Of a stretch of 64,000 nt of DNA, positions 10,842-20,393 are shown in pieces. Both the position numbers and the translations under genes were made by a program. Below the pieces are notes generated by a model, which was not told the origin of the DNA, searched no databases, and saw only the letters and a program-made list of their open reading frames with translations. Source of the stretch: Verrucomicrobia bacterium Opi.OSU.00C (GTDB lineage: Bacteria > Verrucomicrobiota > Verrucomicrobiia > Opitutales > PNEW01); the NCBI GenBank assembly GCA_002922725.1, contig PNEW01000001.1, positions 10,137-74,136 on the forward strand. The letters run 5' to 3'. Position 1 is the first letter of the stretch. Each line of letters begins with the position of its first letter.

Positions 10842-11648
10842 ATGGATATGGCAATTCAATATGATATCGATCAGCATTTAGAGGAATGGAAAATAAATGG
10901 GTTTACTATTTTCGAAGATTTGATTCCTCTCACTACCATCGACCGCATACGTGAGGCATGGATCCCGTACCGTGATGGAGAGATCAAAAAACGAGACCCT
11001 GATCTAATAGAAAAACGCTACAATTTCAGTGTCCCCTTTGAAAAACCTTTCGTCGAACCGGAAATATTTGAGCACCCGGCAGTAGTACAATTCCTGGAAA
11101 AGGCGCTCGGACCGGATTACGTTTGGTCCGGGTTTGATTCGAATACGCCTTTTCCCGGTGTCGATTACCAGGAATGGCACCGCGATATTCCCTTGCTATT
11201 TTCTGATCTGATGACTCCCGCCTATAGTATTGGTGTGAAATTCCCCCTTGTGGACACCTTTGAAGATAATGGAAGTTTTGAAGTTATCCCCTCGACACAA
11301 TACTTAGCCGATTCAGCACTCTGTGAAAAAGAAATCAAAGGTCGTAAGAATAAATGGTTCAACAATGTATTTGGTAGCGGTGCGGAACATAGAGGTCGTT
11401 ACTACCCGGTGCGTTTAAATTTAAAAAAAGGATCTCTATGGATGCAAGATGGCCGCGCTTTTCATCGGGGAACACCGAACGTATCAGATCACACACGCGA
11501 TGAACTCTGTATGTCTTTCAATCGCCCCTGGTTTAATAGCCATTGGGAGGAAGAAGAAATGAAGACTGATTTTACGCAGGATCTCTGGGACAGTCTATCT
11601 GATCATGCGCGTCATGTTTTACGTTGGCAATGGATTAAAGAAAGTTAG
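10842..11648 (+). CDS. PhyH (phytanoyl-CoA dioxygenase) family Fe(II)/2-oxoglutarate oxygenase, paralog 1
   Basis: 268 aa. HxD facial-triad motif WHRD and distal His in FHRGTPN. Clearly paralogous to the next ORF over its full length. Confidence 0.8.
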   Translation: MDMAIQYDIDQHLEEWKINGFTIFEDLIPLTTIDRIREAWIPYRDGEIKKRDPDLIEKRYNFSVPFEKPFVEPEIFEHPAVVQFLEKALGPDYVWSGFDSNTPFPGVDYQEWHRDIPLLFSDLMTPAYSIGVKFPLVDTFEDNGSFEVIPSTQYLADSALCEKEIKGRKNKWFNNVFGSGAEHRGRYYPVRLNLKKGSLWMQDGRAFHRGTPNVSDHTRDELCMSFNRPWFNSHWEEEEMKTDFTQDLWDSLSDHARHVLRWQWIKES

Positions 11649-11682
11649 GTTGAATTAAAAATAAAAGAGTAAAAGAACAGCG

Positions 11683-12492
11683 ATGAGCATAGCAACAGGG
11701 TATAATGTCGGTCAGTTACTCGAAGAATATAAAATCAATGGTTTCGTTATCTTTGAAGACCTTATTCCACAAGAAGCTCTCGATCGGATATACGAGGCAT
11801 GGATTCCCATTAGGGACCGGGAAATCGCAAGACAGGGAGATAAACCAAACCGAGGACCGAACCGCTACTGCATTGATATTCCATTTGAGCATCCCTTTCT
11901 CGATTCGAATATTTTCGACCATCCCTCGCTCGTAAAATTTTTTGAAGGTGTTCTTGGAGCCGATTACGTTTGTGGAAATTTTAACTCGAATATACCTTTC
12001 CCAGGATCCGTATATCAAAAATGGCATCGTGATGTCGCAATACTTTTTCCCGGATTAATGACACCGGCAATAAAAGTCGCGCTTAGAATTCCACTCGTTG
12101 ATGCCACTGAGGAAAATGGCAGTATAGAAGTGATCCCGTCCAGTCACTACATCGCTGATGAAGAGATCTGTAATAAAGAAATCGAAGGACGAAGAGGGAA
12201 GTGGTACGATAATATTTTTGGGGAGGGCCCAAATCGCAAGGGTAGTTACTACCCTGTTCGTCTCAATGTGAAACGCGGATCCGTTTGGATTTGTGATCCT
12301 CGCGTTTTTCACCGGGGAACACCTAACGTTTCAGATCACTCGCGTGATGAGCTCTATATGGTATTCAGCCGCCCCTGGCTATTCAACCCATGGCTGCATG
12401 AAAATACAGAAAAGTATTTTCCGCGCGATCTCTGGAATAGCCTCTCTGATCACGGTCGACAAGTGATGCGCTTACAACGAGTGATGGATTAA
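11683..12492 (+). CDS. PhyH family Fe(II)/2-oxoglutarate oxygenase, paralog 2
   Basis: 269 aa. WHRD and FHRGTPN motifs. Collinear with ORF 10842..11648 (for example INGF.IFEDLIP, YYPVRLN.K.GS.W, FHRGTPNVSDH.RDEL). Confidence 0.8.
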   Translation: MSIATGYNVGQLLEEYKINGFVIFEDLIPQEALDRIYEAWIPIRDREIARQGDKPNRGPNRYCIDIPFEHPFLDSNIFDHPSLVKFFEGVLGADYVCGNFNSNIPFPGSVYQKWHRDVAILFPGLMTPAIKVALRIPLVDATEENGSIEVIPSSHYIADEEICNKEIEGRRGKWYDNIFGEGPNRKGSYYPVRLNVKRGSVWICDPRVFHRGTPNVSDHSRDELYMVFSRPWLFNPWLHENTEKYFPRDLWNSLSDHGRQVMRLQRVMD

Positions 12493-12572
12493 TTGCATTG
12501 AGTATTAATTTTATATGATCGGAAATAGGTCTACCACAAATTAGAAATTCAACCAAAAAAAGGATTAAGGAT

Positions 12573-13439
12573 ATGTCATTTGGATCAGGCAAATATACCT
12601 ATGAAGTAGTAGAGGGCTGGGGTAAATTACCCGATGGATGGACATGGGGTTGGGTACCCGCCGTGGCCTGTGATTCCCAAGATAGAGTGTTCGTTTATTC
12701 TCGGAGTGAACATCCTCTTGTCATATTTAACCGTGAAGGTGAATTCATCGACTCGTGGGGTGAGGATGTATTAATCGATGCGCATGGTATTTATATCGAT
12801 GGCGAGGACAATGTCTACTGTATCGAACGAGAAAATCATTGTGTTTTTAAGTTCAATAATAAAGGTGAGCTGAAAATGACAATCGGCACACCCGGTAAAT
12901 CTGGGGAGAAAGATGGAGATCCCTTCAATTTACCAACTGACCTGGCTATAGCTTCTACGGGTGAATTATATATTTCTGACGGGTACGGTAATCACCGCGT
13001 GCATAAGTACACTGCTAATGGTGAACATTTAATTTCCTGGGGTGAGGAAGGAGATGGGCCCGGTCAATTTAATCTCTCACATAGTGTCCGCTTGGATAAA
13101 GATGACCGCGTGTGGATCTGTGATCGTGAAAATAATCGTATCCAGATATTCGATACAAACGGTAACTTTTTGAGCGAGTGGACGGGACTTCTGCAACCGG
13201 ATACAATTTATTTTGATCCCAATGAGGACATTCTTTATCTCGCTGAGTTGCAGCAACAGGTAAGTGTTTATACTTTAGATCGTCAACTCCTCTCCCAATG
13301 GGGTGGTGCAAAAAAAAGTGATAAGCCGGGTGAATTTAAAGCCTGTCCTCACGGTATTTGGACAGATTCACACGGTGATTTATATGTCGGTCAAGTGCAA
13401 GTAGACGGTCAGTTACAGAAATTTGTACGACAACGGTAA
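12573..13439 (+). CDS. NHL-repeat six-bladed beta-propeller, peptidyl-alpha-hydroxyglycine alpha-amidating lyase (PAL)-like
   Basis: 288 aa. The motifs AHGIYID, SDGYGNHR, GQFNLSHS, CDRENNRIQIF and CPHGIW align by eye, from memory, with the PAL domain of animal PAM (PHGLSID, SDGYCNSR, GQFSVPHS, ADRENGRIQCF, MPHDI). Confidence 0.75.
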   Translation: MSFGSGKYTYEVVEGWGKLPDGWTWGWVPAVACDSQDRVFVYSRSEHPLVIFNREGEFIDSWGEDVLIDAHGIYIDGEDNVYCIERENHCVFKFNNKGELKMTIGTPGKSGEKDGDPFNLPTDLAIASTGELYISDGYGNHRVHKYTANGEHLISWGEEGDGPGQFNLSHSVRLDKDDRVWICDRENNRIQIFDTNGNFLSEWTGLLQPDTIYFDPNEDILYLAELQQQVSVYTLDRQLLSQWGGAKKSDKPGEFKACPHGIWTDSHGDLYVGQVQVDGQLQKFVRQR

Positions 13440-13455
13440 AAGCAATATTTTATCC

Positions 13456-14382
13456 TTATGTTTGTGCCATCCATGACTCATTGGAATTGGCATTTTGAAA
13501 AGCAGCACGAATTTTTGTTATTATATCGTCCGGGAGAGGACCTTTTTTAGCTATCTCAATGTTCGTGCGGGTGTTATTGGGACTTGTGCTTCCAATAATA
13601 GCGACATGAACTCCCGGTTGGCTGATCGTGAAACGAAGAGCAATTTCCGGCCATATTATTTCTGGTGCCCCATCAAACCCGAGATCAGTGGGGTTAAGTT
13701 TCATTTTTTTCAGGCGTTCGGTGTAAGTTTTTGCGTAATTTTTGTAGAATCCTGGTTGATCACCCAGATTTTTCCAAGCTGCATTTGCAATAGGACGTTT
13801 TACCATAACCCCTATATTTTTCTCTCTAACTCTTGGTAATAGCCCATCAATATTGACCTGATCGGTGATGTTAATGGAAGTTTGAATAACTTGTATATTT
13901 TCAATTGTCGCTGCATAGGCAACGGCTTCATTGTCTCCAGAATAACCGGAAAATCTTATTTTACCTGCATCGCGAGCCTTGACCAGTGCAGCTAGTGCAT
14001 CGCCTTTTTTTAAAGTCTCTAAATCACATGAGTGTAGAAGCATAACATCCAAATAGTCTGTTTTCAGACGTTGCAAGGATCGATCGATGGTTTTAGTAAT
14101 TATAGAAGGAGACCACGCGGGATCATCAAATTCGTCAAACTTACCTCCGCATTTACTGACGAGAATAAACTCATCACGACGATGACTAATTGTTTTACCA
14201 ATCATTTCTTCAGATCCTTGATAGGAAGCAGCAGTGTCAATAAGATTGACACCAGAATCGAGAAGAAGATTAAGGATTTTGTCTGTCCTCGACTCTTCTA
14301 TATCGAGTAGGCCAATAGGTGCTCCTCCGAATCCCAGTGATGTGACTTTTAACCCGGTGTTTCCAAATGCACGTTTTTCCAT
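13456..14382 (-). CDS. Aldo/keto reductase
   Basis: 308 aa. FGNTGLKVTSLGFGGAPIG, DTAASYQGSEE and LHSCD are typical AKR motifs. Convergent with the NHL gene, with a 16-bp gap. Confidence 0.88.
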   Translation of the reverse strand: MEKRAFGNTGLKVTSLGFGGAPIGLLDIEESRTDKILNLLLDSGVNLIDTAASYQGSEEMIGKTISHRRDEFILVSKCGGKFDEFDDPAWSPSIITKTIDRSLQRLKTDYLDVMLLHSCDLETLKKGDALAALVKARDAGKIRFSGYSGDNEAVAYAATIENIQVIQTSINITDQVNIDGLLPRVREKNIGVMVKRPIANAAWKNLGDQPGFYKNYAKTYTERLKKMKLNPTDLGFDGAPEIIWPEIALRFTISQPGVHVAIIGSTSPNNTRTNIEIAKKGPLPDDIITKIRAAFQNANSNESWMAQT

Positions 14383-14602
14383 AGTTTGTATTAATTAATC
14401 CTTAATTGTTTTTACTTGCTGAGTGCTAAACCTGATAATATGCGTCGAGTTCTGCAATATTTTTTATTAATAACCAAACACTCAAATAAAATTTTATAAG
14501 AAAGTTAAATTTTTGCTATCATTCTTCCTTGTATTTATGACCTTGTTCTTATTCTAAGAATCTATGCAGAGAAAAGAAAGATAATTCAATTGCAAACAGT
14601 CT

Positions 14603-16042
14603 ATGTCTAAAAAGCCAAATGTCCTCTTGATATGTACGGATCATTGGAGTGGTCTCCTCACACCGCAAGCAGGGCATCCGGTGGTAATGGCACCCACTTT
14701 AGAACAACTTGGCCGTAATGGAGTGACCTTTACTAACGCCTATTCTGCATGCCCTTCCTGCATACCCTCACGACGCTCATTAATGACAGGGATGACGGCG
14801 CGTTCACATGGAGATAGAGTTTTTAATGAAGAAAACCCGATGCCCGATGCCCCAACCATGGCGCAGTGTTTCAGGGATGGTGGATATCAAGCTTATTGCG
14901 TGGGTAAGTTACATGTGTATCCGCAGCGTAATAGGATCGGCTTTAATGAAGTGATATTAGAGGAACAAGGACGGCATCAGTTTGGGGATAAAGCAGATGA
15001 TTATGAACGGTTCCTTTCTATTCAGGGTTACGCCGGGATGGAATATGCTAGTGGAATGGCACATAATGACTGGGTATCACGCCCATGGCATCTTCCTGAA
15101 TATTGTCACCCCATCAATTGGGGGGTACGCGAGATGTCACGCGTTATCTCTCGACGTGATCCGGGCAAACCAGGCTTTTGGTATCTTTCTTTTTCTGCCC
15201 CTCACCCTCCACTTACACCGTTACAAGTTTATCTTGATCTATATCGGGATGTCGAAATCGATAAGCCGACTACAGGTAACTGGTCAATGGACGATGAGCA
15301 GCTTCCCCATTCTTTAAGGTGTCGAAATTTAGGTGCCCTCGTAAAGGCATCTTGGCAGAAACAGATGCAGGCAAGACGTTCATTTTATGCGACCCTCACT
15401 CACATAGACCATCAAATTAGATTGTTAATCGGTATCTTACGAGAAGAGAAAATTTTAGATGACACGATAATAGTATTTACGAGTGATCATGGTCATATGA
15501 TAGGTGAGCATGGGTTATGGGTTATGACCCCTTTTTTGGAAATGTCATCTAAGATACCGCTTATAATTATTCCATCCATAGGCGATAAGCGATACCCCAT
15601 CGATACAAAGGATGATAGGATTGCTGAGTTTGCAGATATCATGCCAACTTTGCTCGATATGTGTGGGTTACCCATACCTAAAACAGTGGACAGTAATTCT
15701 CTCTGGAGTGATTACCATCGTGACTACCTTTACGGTGAACATTTCGAAGGGGAAAATGCAACACGTATGATTCGCGCTGGAAGGTTTAAGCTCATCTATT
15801 ACGCAACAGGGAATATTGTGCAACTGTTTGACATAGAAGATGATCCTAAGGAAACAACAGATCTATCTAAAGATAAGCATTATATTGATGAAATAGAACA
15901 GATGAAAGCTTTGTTAATTCAGAATTTATACAACGGGGATGAAGCTTGGGTTCGGAAAGGAGTCCTAGTCGGTTTACCTGATAAAGAATTTATACCCCAG
16001 GATAATCGAGGGCTTTTGAATCAAAGAGGATTGCGATTTTAA
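14603..16042 (+). CDS. Sulfatase (formylglycine-dependent arylsulfatase family)
   Basis: 479 aa. CTDHW metal site, CxPxR signature in CPSCIPSRRSLMTG, and SDHGHMIGEHG. Confidence 0.9.
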   Translation: MSKKPNVLLICTDHWSGLLTPQAGHPVVMAPTLEQLGRNGVTFTNAYSACPSCIPSRRSLMTGMTARSHGDRVFNEENPMPDAPTMAQCFRDGGYQAYCVGKLHVYPQRNRIGFNEVILEEQGRHQFGDKADDYERFLSIQGYAGMEYASGMAHNDWVSRPWHLPEYCHPINWGVREMSRVISRRDPGKPGFWYLSFSAPHPPLTPLQVYLDLYRDVEIDKPTTGNWSMDDEQLPHSLRCRNLGALVKASWQKQMQARRSFYATLTHIDHQIRLLIGILREEKILDDTIIVFTSDHGHMIGEHGLWVMTPFLEMSSKIPLIIIPSIGDKRYPIDTKDDRIAEFADIMPTLLDMCGLPIPKTVDSNSLWSDYHRDYLYGEHFEGENATRMIRAGRFKLIYYATGNIVQLFDIEDDPKETTDLSKDKHYIDEIEQMKALLIQNLYNGDEAWVRKGVLVGLPDKEFIPQDNRGLLNQRGLRF

Positions 16043-16090
16043 AAGAAATAATAAAATTGTCTTTCTTTTTGGTTAAGCTAAAAAAAGGAT

Positions 16091-17473
16091 ATGAGTGATA
16101 AGAATCCCTATCTTGATATCGACCGCAAAATGGTGGGTGATATATACACCTCAAATGAGGTGATGGATAATTTGACAGTGTTGTGTGATGATTTCGGTTC
16201 ACGTTTTCCGGGAACACCGGAAGAGCGAAAAGCCGCGGGATTTATAGCTGAAACTTTTGATCGTTATGGTCTTACAAATCCCCATTTAGAATCCTACCCT
16301 TACGCTGGGTGGAGACGAGGAGAAGCGACTTTGGAAATTTTAGAACCGATACAGAAAAAAATTCCATGTATCTCATTGCCTTACTGTCCGGCGCAGGAAG
16401 TGCGAGGAGAATTGATTTCAGTGGGTTGTGGGACACCTGCAGATTTTGAGCGACTGGGTAATGAAATTGGAGGAAAAATAGTGCTAGCGAGCAGCGCTTC
16501 ACCTTCGGGTCTAGGACGATGGGTACACCGTCAGGAGAAGTATGAACGTACGGTTATTGGAAAGGCGAAGGTTTTTATTTTTATCAGCGAGCTCCCGGGG
16601 GTAGGGCCAGAAACAGGTAGTTTGCAAGATGATAGACCAGCACCGATACCTGGTCTTTCCGTCTGCAAAGAAGATGGAGAGTTTCTCGCACGGTTAATGG
16701 AAAGAAAAGGTAAGGTAGAACTGATGGTCCGCACCCAGGACATTAATGAACCTCTGACTTCGCAGAACGTGATAGCAGATTTACCGGGTAATGATAATTC
16801 AGAGGAAATGGTAGTAATGGGATGCCATTTCGATGGCCATGATATTTCCCAGGGAGCGCATGATCCCGCTTCAGGCATGGTTTTAGTGATGGAAGCGGCG
16901 CGCGCGTTATCGACTTACGCTAGGGATAACCTTAAGCGTACGATCAGGTTTATAGGATTCAGCACGGAAGAGATTGGTCTTATCGGATCCTACCGTTATG
17001 TTGAATCCCATCGAGACGAACTCGATAAGATTAGATTTTATTTTAATCTCGATGCCGCTGGCGGACCCGGGCGCAAAGGAGTAATTCTCCACAACTGGCA
17101 TGAATTAGAGCCGTTTTTCCGTCGTGCTGGAGAGGAGATGGCTGTTGAATTACCAGTAGGGCAACATGTAAATTCTTATTCAGATCATTTCCCTTTTTTT
17201 TTAGAAGGAATTCCAACGGGGAATATGGGCGACCCAGAAAAGGGGCCGAGTGGTAGGGGGTTTGGGCATACCCGATATGATACCTTAGATAAAATCGAAA
17301 CTGTAAATCTACAAAGAGGAAGCTGTGTAGCTGCACAGCTTGCATTGCGTATTGCGAATGCCGTAAGTTTCCCTGCAATGCGACGAGATGAAATGGGTGT
17401 TCAAAAGATAATAAATTCTGAACACAATTTAGAAGGCTATAGAGTTAAATGTGAATTAATGAAAAAAAGATAG
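16091..17473 (+). CDS. M28 family metallo-aminopeptidase with PA-like insert
   Basis: 460 aa. Zn-ligand contexts MGCHFDGHD, GFSTEEIGLIGS, NLDAAG and SDHFPF. Confidence 0.85.
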   Translation: MSDKNPYLDIDRKMVGDIYTSNEVMDNLTVLCDDFGSRFPGTPEERKAAGFIAETFDRYGLTNPHLESYPYAGWRRGEATLEILEPIQKKIPCISLPYCPAQEVRGELISVGCGTPADFERLGNEIGGKIVLASSASPSGLGRWVHRQEKYERTVIGKAKVFIFISELPGVGPETGSLQDDRPAPIPGLSVCKEDGEFLARLMERKGKVELMVRTQDINEPLTSQNVIADLPGNDNSEEMVVMGCHFDGHDISQGAHDPASGMVLVMEAARALSTYARDNLKRTIRFIGFSTEEIGLIGSYRYVESHRDELDKIRFYFNLDAAGGPGRKGVILHNWHELEPFFRRAGEEMAVELPVGQHVNSYSDHFPFFLEGIPTGNMGDPEKGPSGRGFGHTRYDTLDKIETVNLQRGSCVAAQLALRIANAVSFPAMRRDEMGVQKIINSEHNLEGYRVKCELMKKR

Positions 17474-17552
17474 AACCATGATAATTAGGTGAATTAATCA
17501 GTAATTATGCCTAAATATCATGAAATAAACATCCATTTTAAAGAATGCCTAT

Positions 17553-17626
17553 TGGCTGCCCGGCAAGGGCTCGAACCTCGACTACCTGGACCAAAACCAG
17601 ATGTGCTACCATTACACCACCGGGCA
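17553..17626 (-). tRNA. tRNA-Gln (anticodon UUG), CCA encoded
   Basis: Reverse complement folds by hand into a 74-nt cloverleaf: acceptor UGCCCGG/CCGGGCA, D stem GUGU/GCAC with a GG loop, anticodon stem UCUGG/CCAGG with loop UU-UUG-GU, T stem CGAGG/CCUUG with loop UUCGAGC, discriminator G and a 3' CCA. Confidence 0.9.
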
Positions 17627-17760
17627 ATTATGGAGGTATATAAGAGAGAAGAGATAATCGTCAAGGCCTCTACTAATAAAATTGTCAAATTATTGGATAT
17701 ACGACTATTGTTAACCGTGGGATTGACCTCTTTATAAATTTCAGACTAGATACTTTTTTT

Positions 17761-18498
17761 ATGCAAAAAAAGACTGACGCTAAAACAAACCCTAAATATA
17801 AGCGTATTGTTATTAAATTGGGAGGCGAGGGCCTGCGTAATATTGACAGTGGTGAGGCGATCGATGGGAGAATCTTAAAAAATATCAGCTATGAGCTAAA
17901 AGAAGTTCACACGATGGGTGTGCAAATTGGCCTTGTTGTAGGTGGAGGTAATATTTTTCGCGGTTTAACTGGTGAAAAACGAGGTGTGGATCGGACAACT
18001 GGGGATTTCATGGGTATGCTCTCCACGATTGTTAATGGGTTAGCTTTAATGGATTATCTTGAAAAGCTTGGTGTTCCTGTTCGTCTTCAGAGTGCTTTGC
18101 CTCTAAATGAAGTCGCTGAACCATTTATACTGAGAAAAGCAATAAGGCATCTCGAAAAAAGACGGTTAGTAATTTTTGTTGGAGGAACAGGAAACCCATA
18201 TTTTTCAACAGACACAGCAGCATCATTACGAGCGAGTGAAATAGGGGCAGATATCATAATGAAGGCGACGAAAGTTGATGGTATTTATGATAAAGACCCT
18301 ATCAAATATAAGGATGCGAAAAAGTATAATGAAATTTTATTTATGGATGCACTAAAACAGAGGTTAAATGTCATGGATTCAACAGCTTTTTCTCTTTGCC
18401 TCGACAACAAGATGCCAATTCTTATCTTTAATATGGGTAAAGGCGGTAGTATAAAAAAGGCCGTTATCGGGGAGAAGATAGGGTCTTTAGTAAAATAA
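17761..18498 (+). CDS. pyrH: UMP kinase
   Basis: 245 aa. IKLGGEGL and VVGGGNIFRG motifs. Classic pyrH-frr pairing. Confidence 0.95.
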   Translation: MQKKTDAKTNPKYKRIVIKLGGEGLRNIDSGEAIDGRILKNISYELKEVHTMGVQIGLVVGGGNIFRGLTGEKRGVDRTTGDFMGMLSTIVNGLALMDYLEKLGVPVRLQSALPLNEVAEPFILRKAIRHLEKRRLVIFVGGTGNPYFSTDTAASLRASEIGADIIMKATKVDGIYDKDPIKYKDAKKYNEILFMDALKQRLNVMDSTAFSLCLDNKMPILIFNMGKGGSIKKAVIGEKIGSLVK

Positions 18499-18523
18499 TA
18501 AGCATTTAATAGTAATAAGTAAT

Positions 18524-19084
18524 ATGACCGAAGAAAACGTTATTAAAGAGGCCAGTGACATGATGGTTAAGGGAGTCGAGCATACTCTTAGCGAATTTAG
18601 TAAACTTCATACGGGAAAAGCATCTCCAAGTATGGTGGAAAACATACAGGTAGAGGTTTATGGCTCAAATATGCATTTACGTGAAGTAGCTGCTGTTACT
18701 ACTCCTGATCCACGAACGATACAGATTCAGCCATGGGATAAAACAGTTGTAACTGATATTGAAAAATCAATTCAAAAGGCAAACTTAGGTTTTAATCCTG
18801 CAGTGAATGGTAGCGTTATACGAATTCCGATTCCCGAGTTGAGTCGTGAGCGGCGTGAAGAACTTACAAAAGTAGCCCGCACGATGGCGGAAAATGGACA
18901 TGTCAGTGTGCGCCATGCACGTCATAACGCCTTAGAGTTGCTAAAAAACATGCAAAAGAACAAAGAAATTTCTGAAGATGATCAAAAGCGTGCAGAAAAA
19001 GAAATCCAAAATAATACCGATAATAAAAATGCAGAAATTGATCAGCTCCTTAGACACAAAGAAAAAGAATTGATGACACTCTAA
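18524..19084 (+). CDS. frr: Ribosome recycling factor
   Basis: 186 aa. Typical RRF sequence (TGKASPSMVENIQVEVYG...IRIPIPELSRERREEL). Confidence 0.95.
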   Translation: MTEENVIKEASDMMVKGVEHTLSEFSKLHTGKASPSMVENIQVEVYGSNMHLREVAAVTTPDPRTIQIQPWDKTVVTDIEKSIQKANLGFNPAVNGSVIRIPIPELSRERREELTKVARTMAENGHVSVRHARHNALELLKNMQKNKEISEDDQKRAEKEIQNNTDNKNAEIDQLLRHKEKELMTL

Positions 19085-19173
19085 GGATATGAAACTATAG
19101 GAATTTGGAGATCGCTATAAATAATGGGATCTGTTCTGAAATCCACGACCATTTAATTGAATATCTTTTTAAC

Positions 19174-20286
19174 ATGCAGTTTCTTCTGCAAAATGCCCAG
19201 CGTGTTGTAATTAAATTAGGCTCACGTTTATTGACTTCAGGAATTGGCAAACTGAATGTTGATCGTATTAACACATTATGTGAACAAGTTGTGTTTTTAC
19301 GAAAGAAAGGGATGGAAATTATAATTGTGAGTTCAGGTGCAATTGCCTTGGGAATGGGGAAACTAAAATATAAAAAACGGCCTACAGATCTCGCTACTCT
19401 TCAGGCTTGTGCGGCTATTGGACAGTCTATCCTTATTGAAACTTGGCAATCTGGTTTCAATCCTCATAATCTAACAGCAGCACAGCTACTTTTAACGAGA
19501 GAAGATTTGAGAGCAAGGAATCGTCATATAGCGGTCAAGAATAGTTTCGATAAGCTTCTATCCCTTGGAATAATTCCTATCGTAAATGAGAATGATTCAG
19601 TTAGCACTGAAGAAATTAAATTTGGTGATAATGATGTCCTTTCCGCTTTAGTATCTAGTTTAGTTAAGGCTGATATCTTAGTTATTCTAGGCCTTGCCCC
19701 GGGCCTTGTAGATCGTAAAGGGTCAGGCAAAGTTGTACCGGTAGTTGATAAAATTAATCCATATATTGAAGCTATGGCTGGAGAAACAAAAAGTGAAACA
19801 TCTATAGGAGGGATGCGTAGCAAAGTAGAGGCGGCGAAAATAACGAGTCACTCTGGATGTGGAATTTATATTGGTAGTGGCCGCAGTCCAAATGTATTAG
19901 CCAATCTTTTGCAGGGAAAGGCTAAAGGAACCTTTTTTGTACCTAGTAAAATCTCGCTTGTTTCAAAAAAGAGGTGGATTGCGTTTTTTGAACGACCTCT
20001 CGGTGCAGTGATTATTGATGCAGGTGCAAACGATGCCTTGCTTAATGACGGGCGTAGTTTACTCGCCAAAGGAGTAAAAGGACATAGAGGCCAATTTTCA
20101 GTCGGTGATATTATAACGGTAGAGAACACAAAAGGAACCGCCATTGCTAATGGTGTATCTCAATTCAGTAGTGAAGAGCTGGTCCACATTTCTGGCAAAG
20201 ATACGAAGGAGATAAAAACTTCTTATCCTAACCGTAAGCGCTATGAAATTATCCATCGGAATAGTTTGGTAATACTTGCTGATTAG
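19174..20286 (+). CDS. proB: Glutamate 5-kinase with C-terminal PUA domain
   Basis: The track ORF starts at a TTG at 19105. The in-frame ATG at 19174 (MQFLLQNAQRVVIKLGS) is the more likely start. Motifs VSSGAIALG and GDNDVLSALV, with a PUA-like C-terminus. Confidence 0.9.
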   Translation: MQFLLQNAQRVVIKLGSRLLTSGIGKLNVDRINTLCEQVVFLRKKGMEIIIVSSGAIALGMGKLKYKKRPTDLATLQACAAIGQSILIETWQSGFNPHNLTAAQLLLTREDLRARNRHIAVKNSFDKLLSLGIIPIVNENDSVSTEEIKFGDNDVLSALVSSLVKADILVILGLAPGLVDRKGSGKVVPVVDKINPYIEAMAGETKSETSIGGMRSKVEAAKITSHSGCGIYIGSGRSPNVLANLLQGKAKGTFFVPSKISLVSKKRWIAFFERPLGAVIIDAGANDALLNDGRSLLAKGVKGHRGQFSVGDIITVENTKGTAIANGVSQFSSEELVHISGKDTKEIKTSYPNRKRYEIIHRNSLVILAD

Positions 20287-20393
20287 ACCCTTTTTTTAGG
20301 ATATAGTAAGTAATTCTAGAAAACTTTAGGGTAATCTTATATTAAGAATATACTTTTCATTTACTGTGGTCCCTGTGATTATTCCAATAATAT

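Noticed and set aside
13495-14310. 114-aa and 79-aa plus-strand ORFs
   Set aside because: They are antisense to the aldo/keto reductase gene and lie in different frames from each other. No motifs.
17507-17737. 76-aa plus-strand ORF between the M28 peptidase and pyrH
   Set aside because: It runs antisense across a well-folding tRNA-Gln(UUG) gene (17553..17626). The ORF is explained by the tRNA locus and AT-rich flanks.
17474-17760. tRNA-Gln as an integration hotspot or genomic island border
   Set aside because: No integrase, direct repeat of the tRNA 3' end or mobile genes were seen on either side. The flanking genes are ordinary (M28 peptidase, pyrH-frr).
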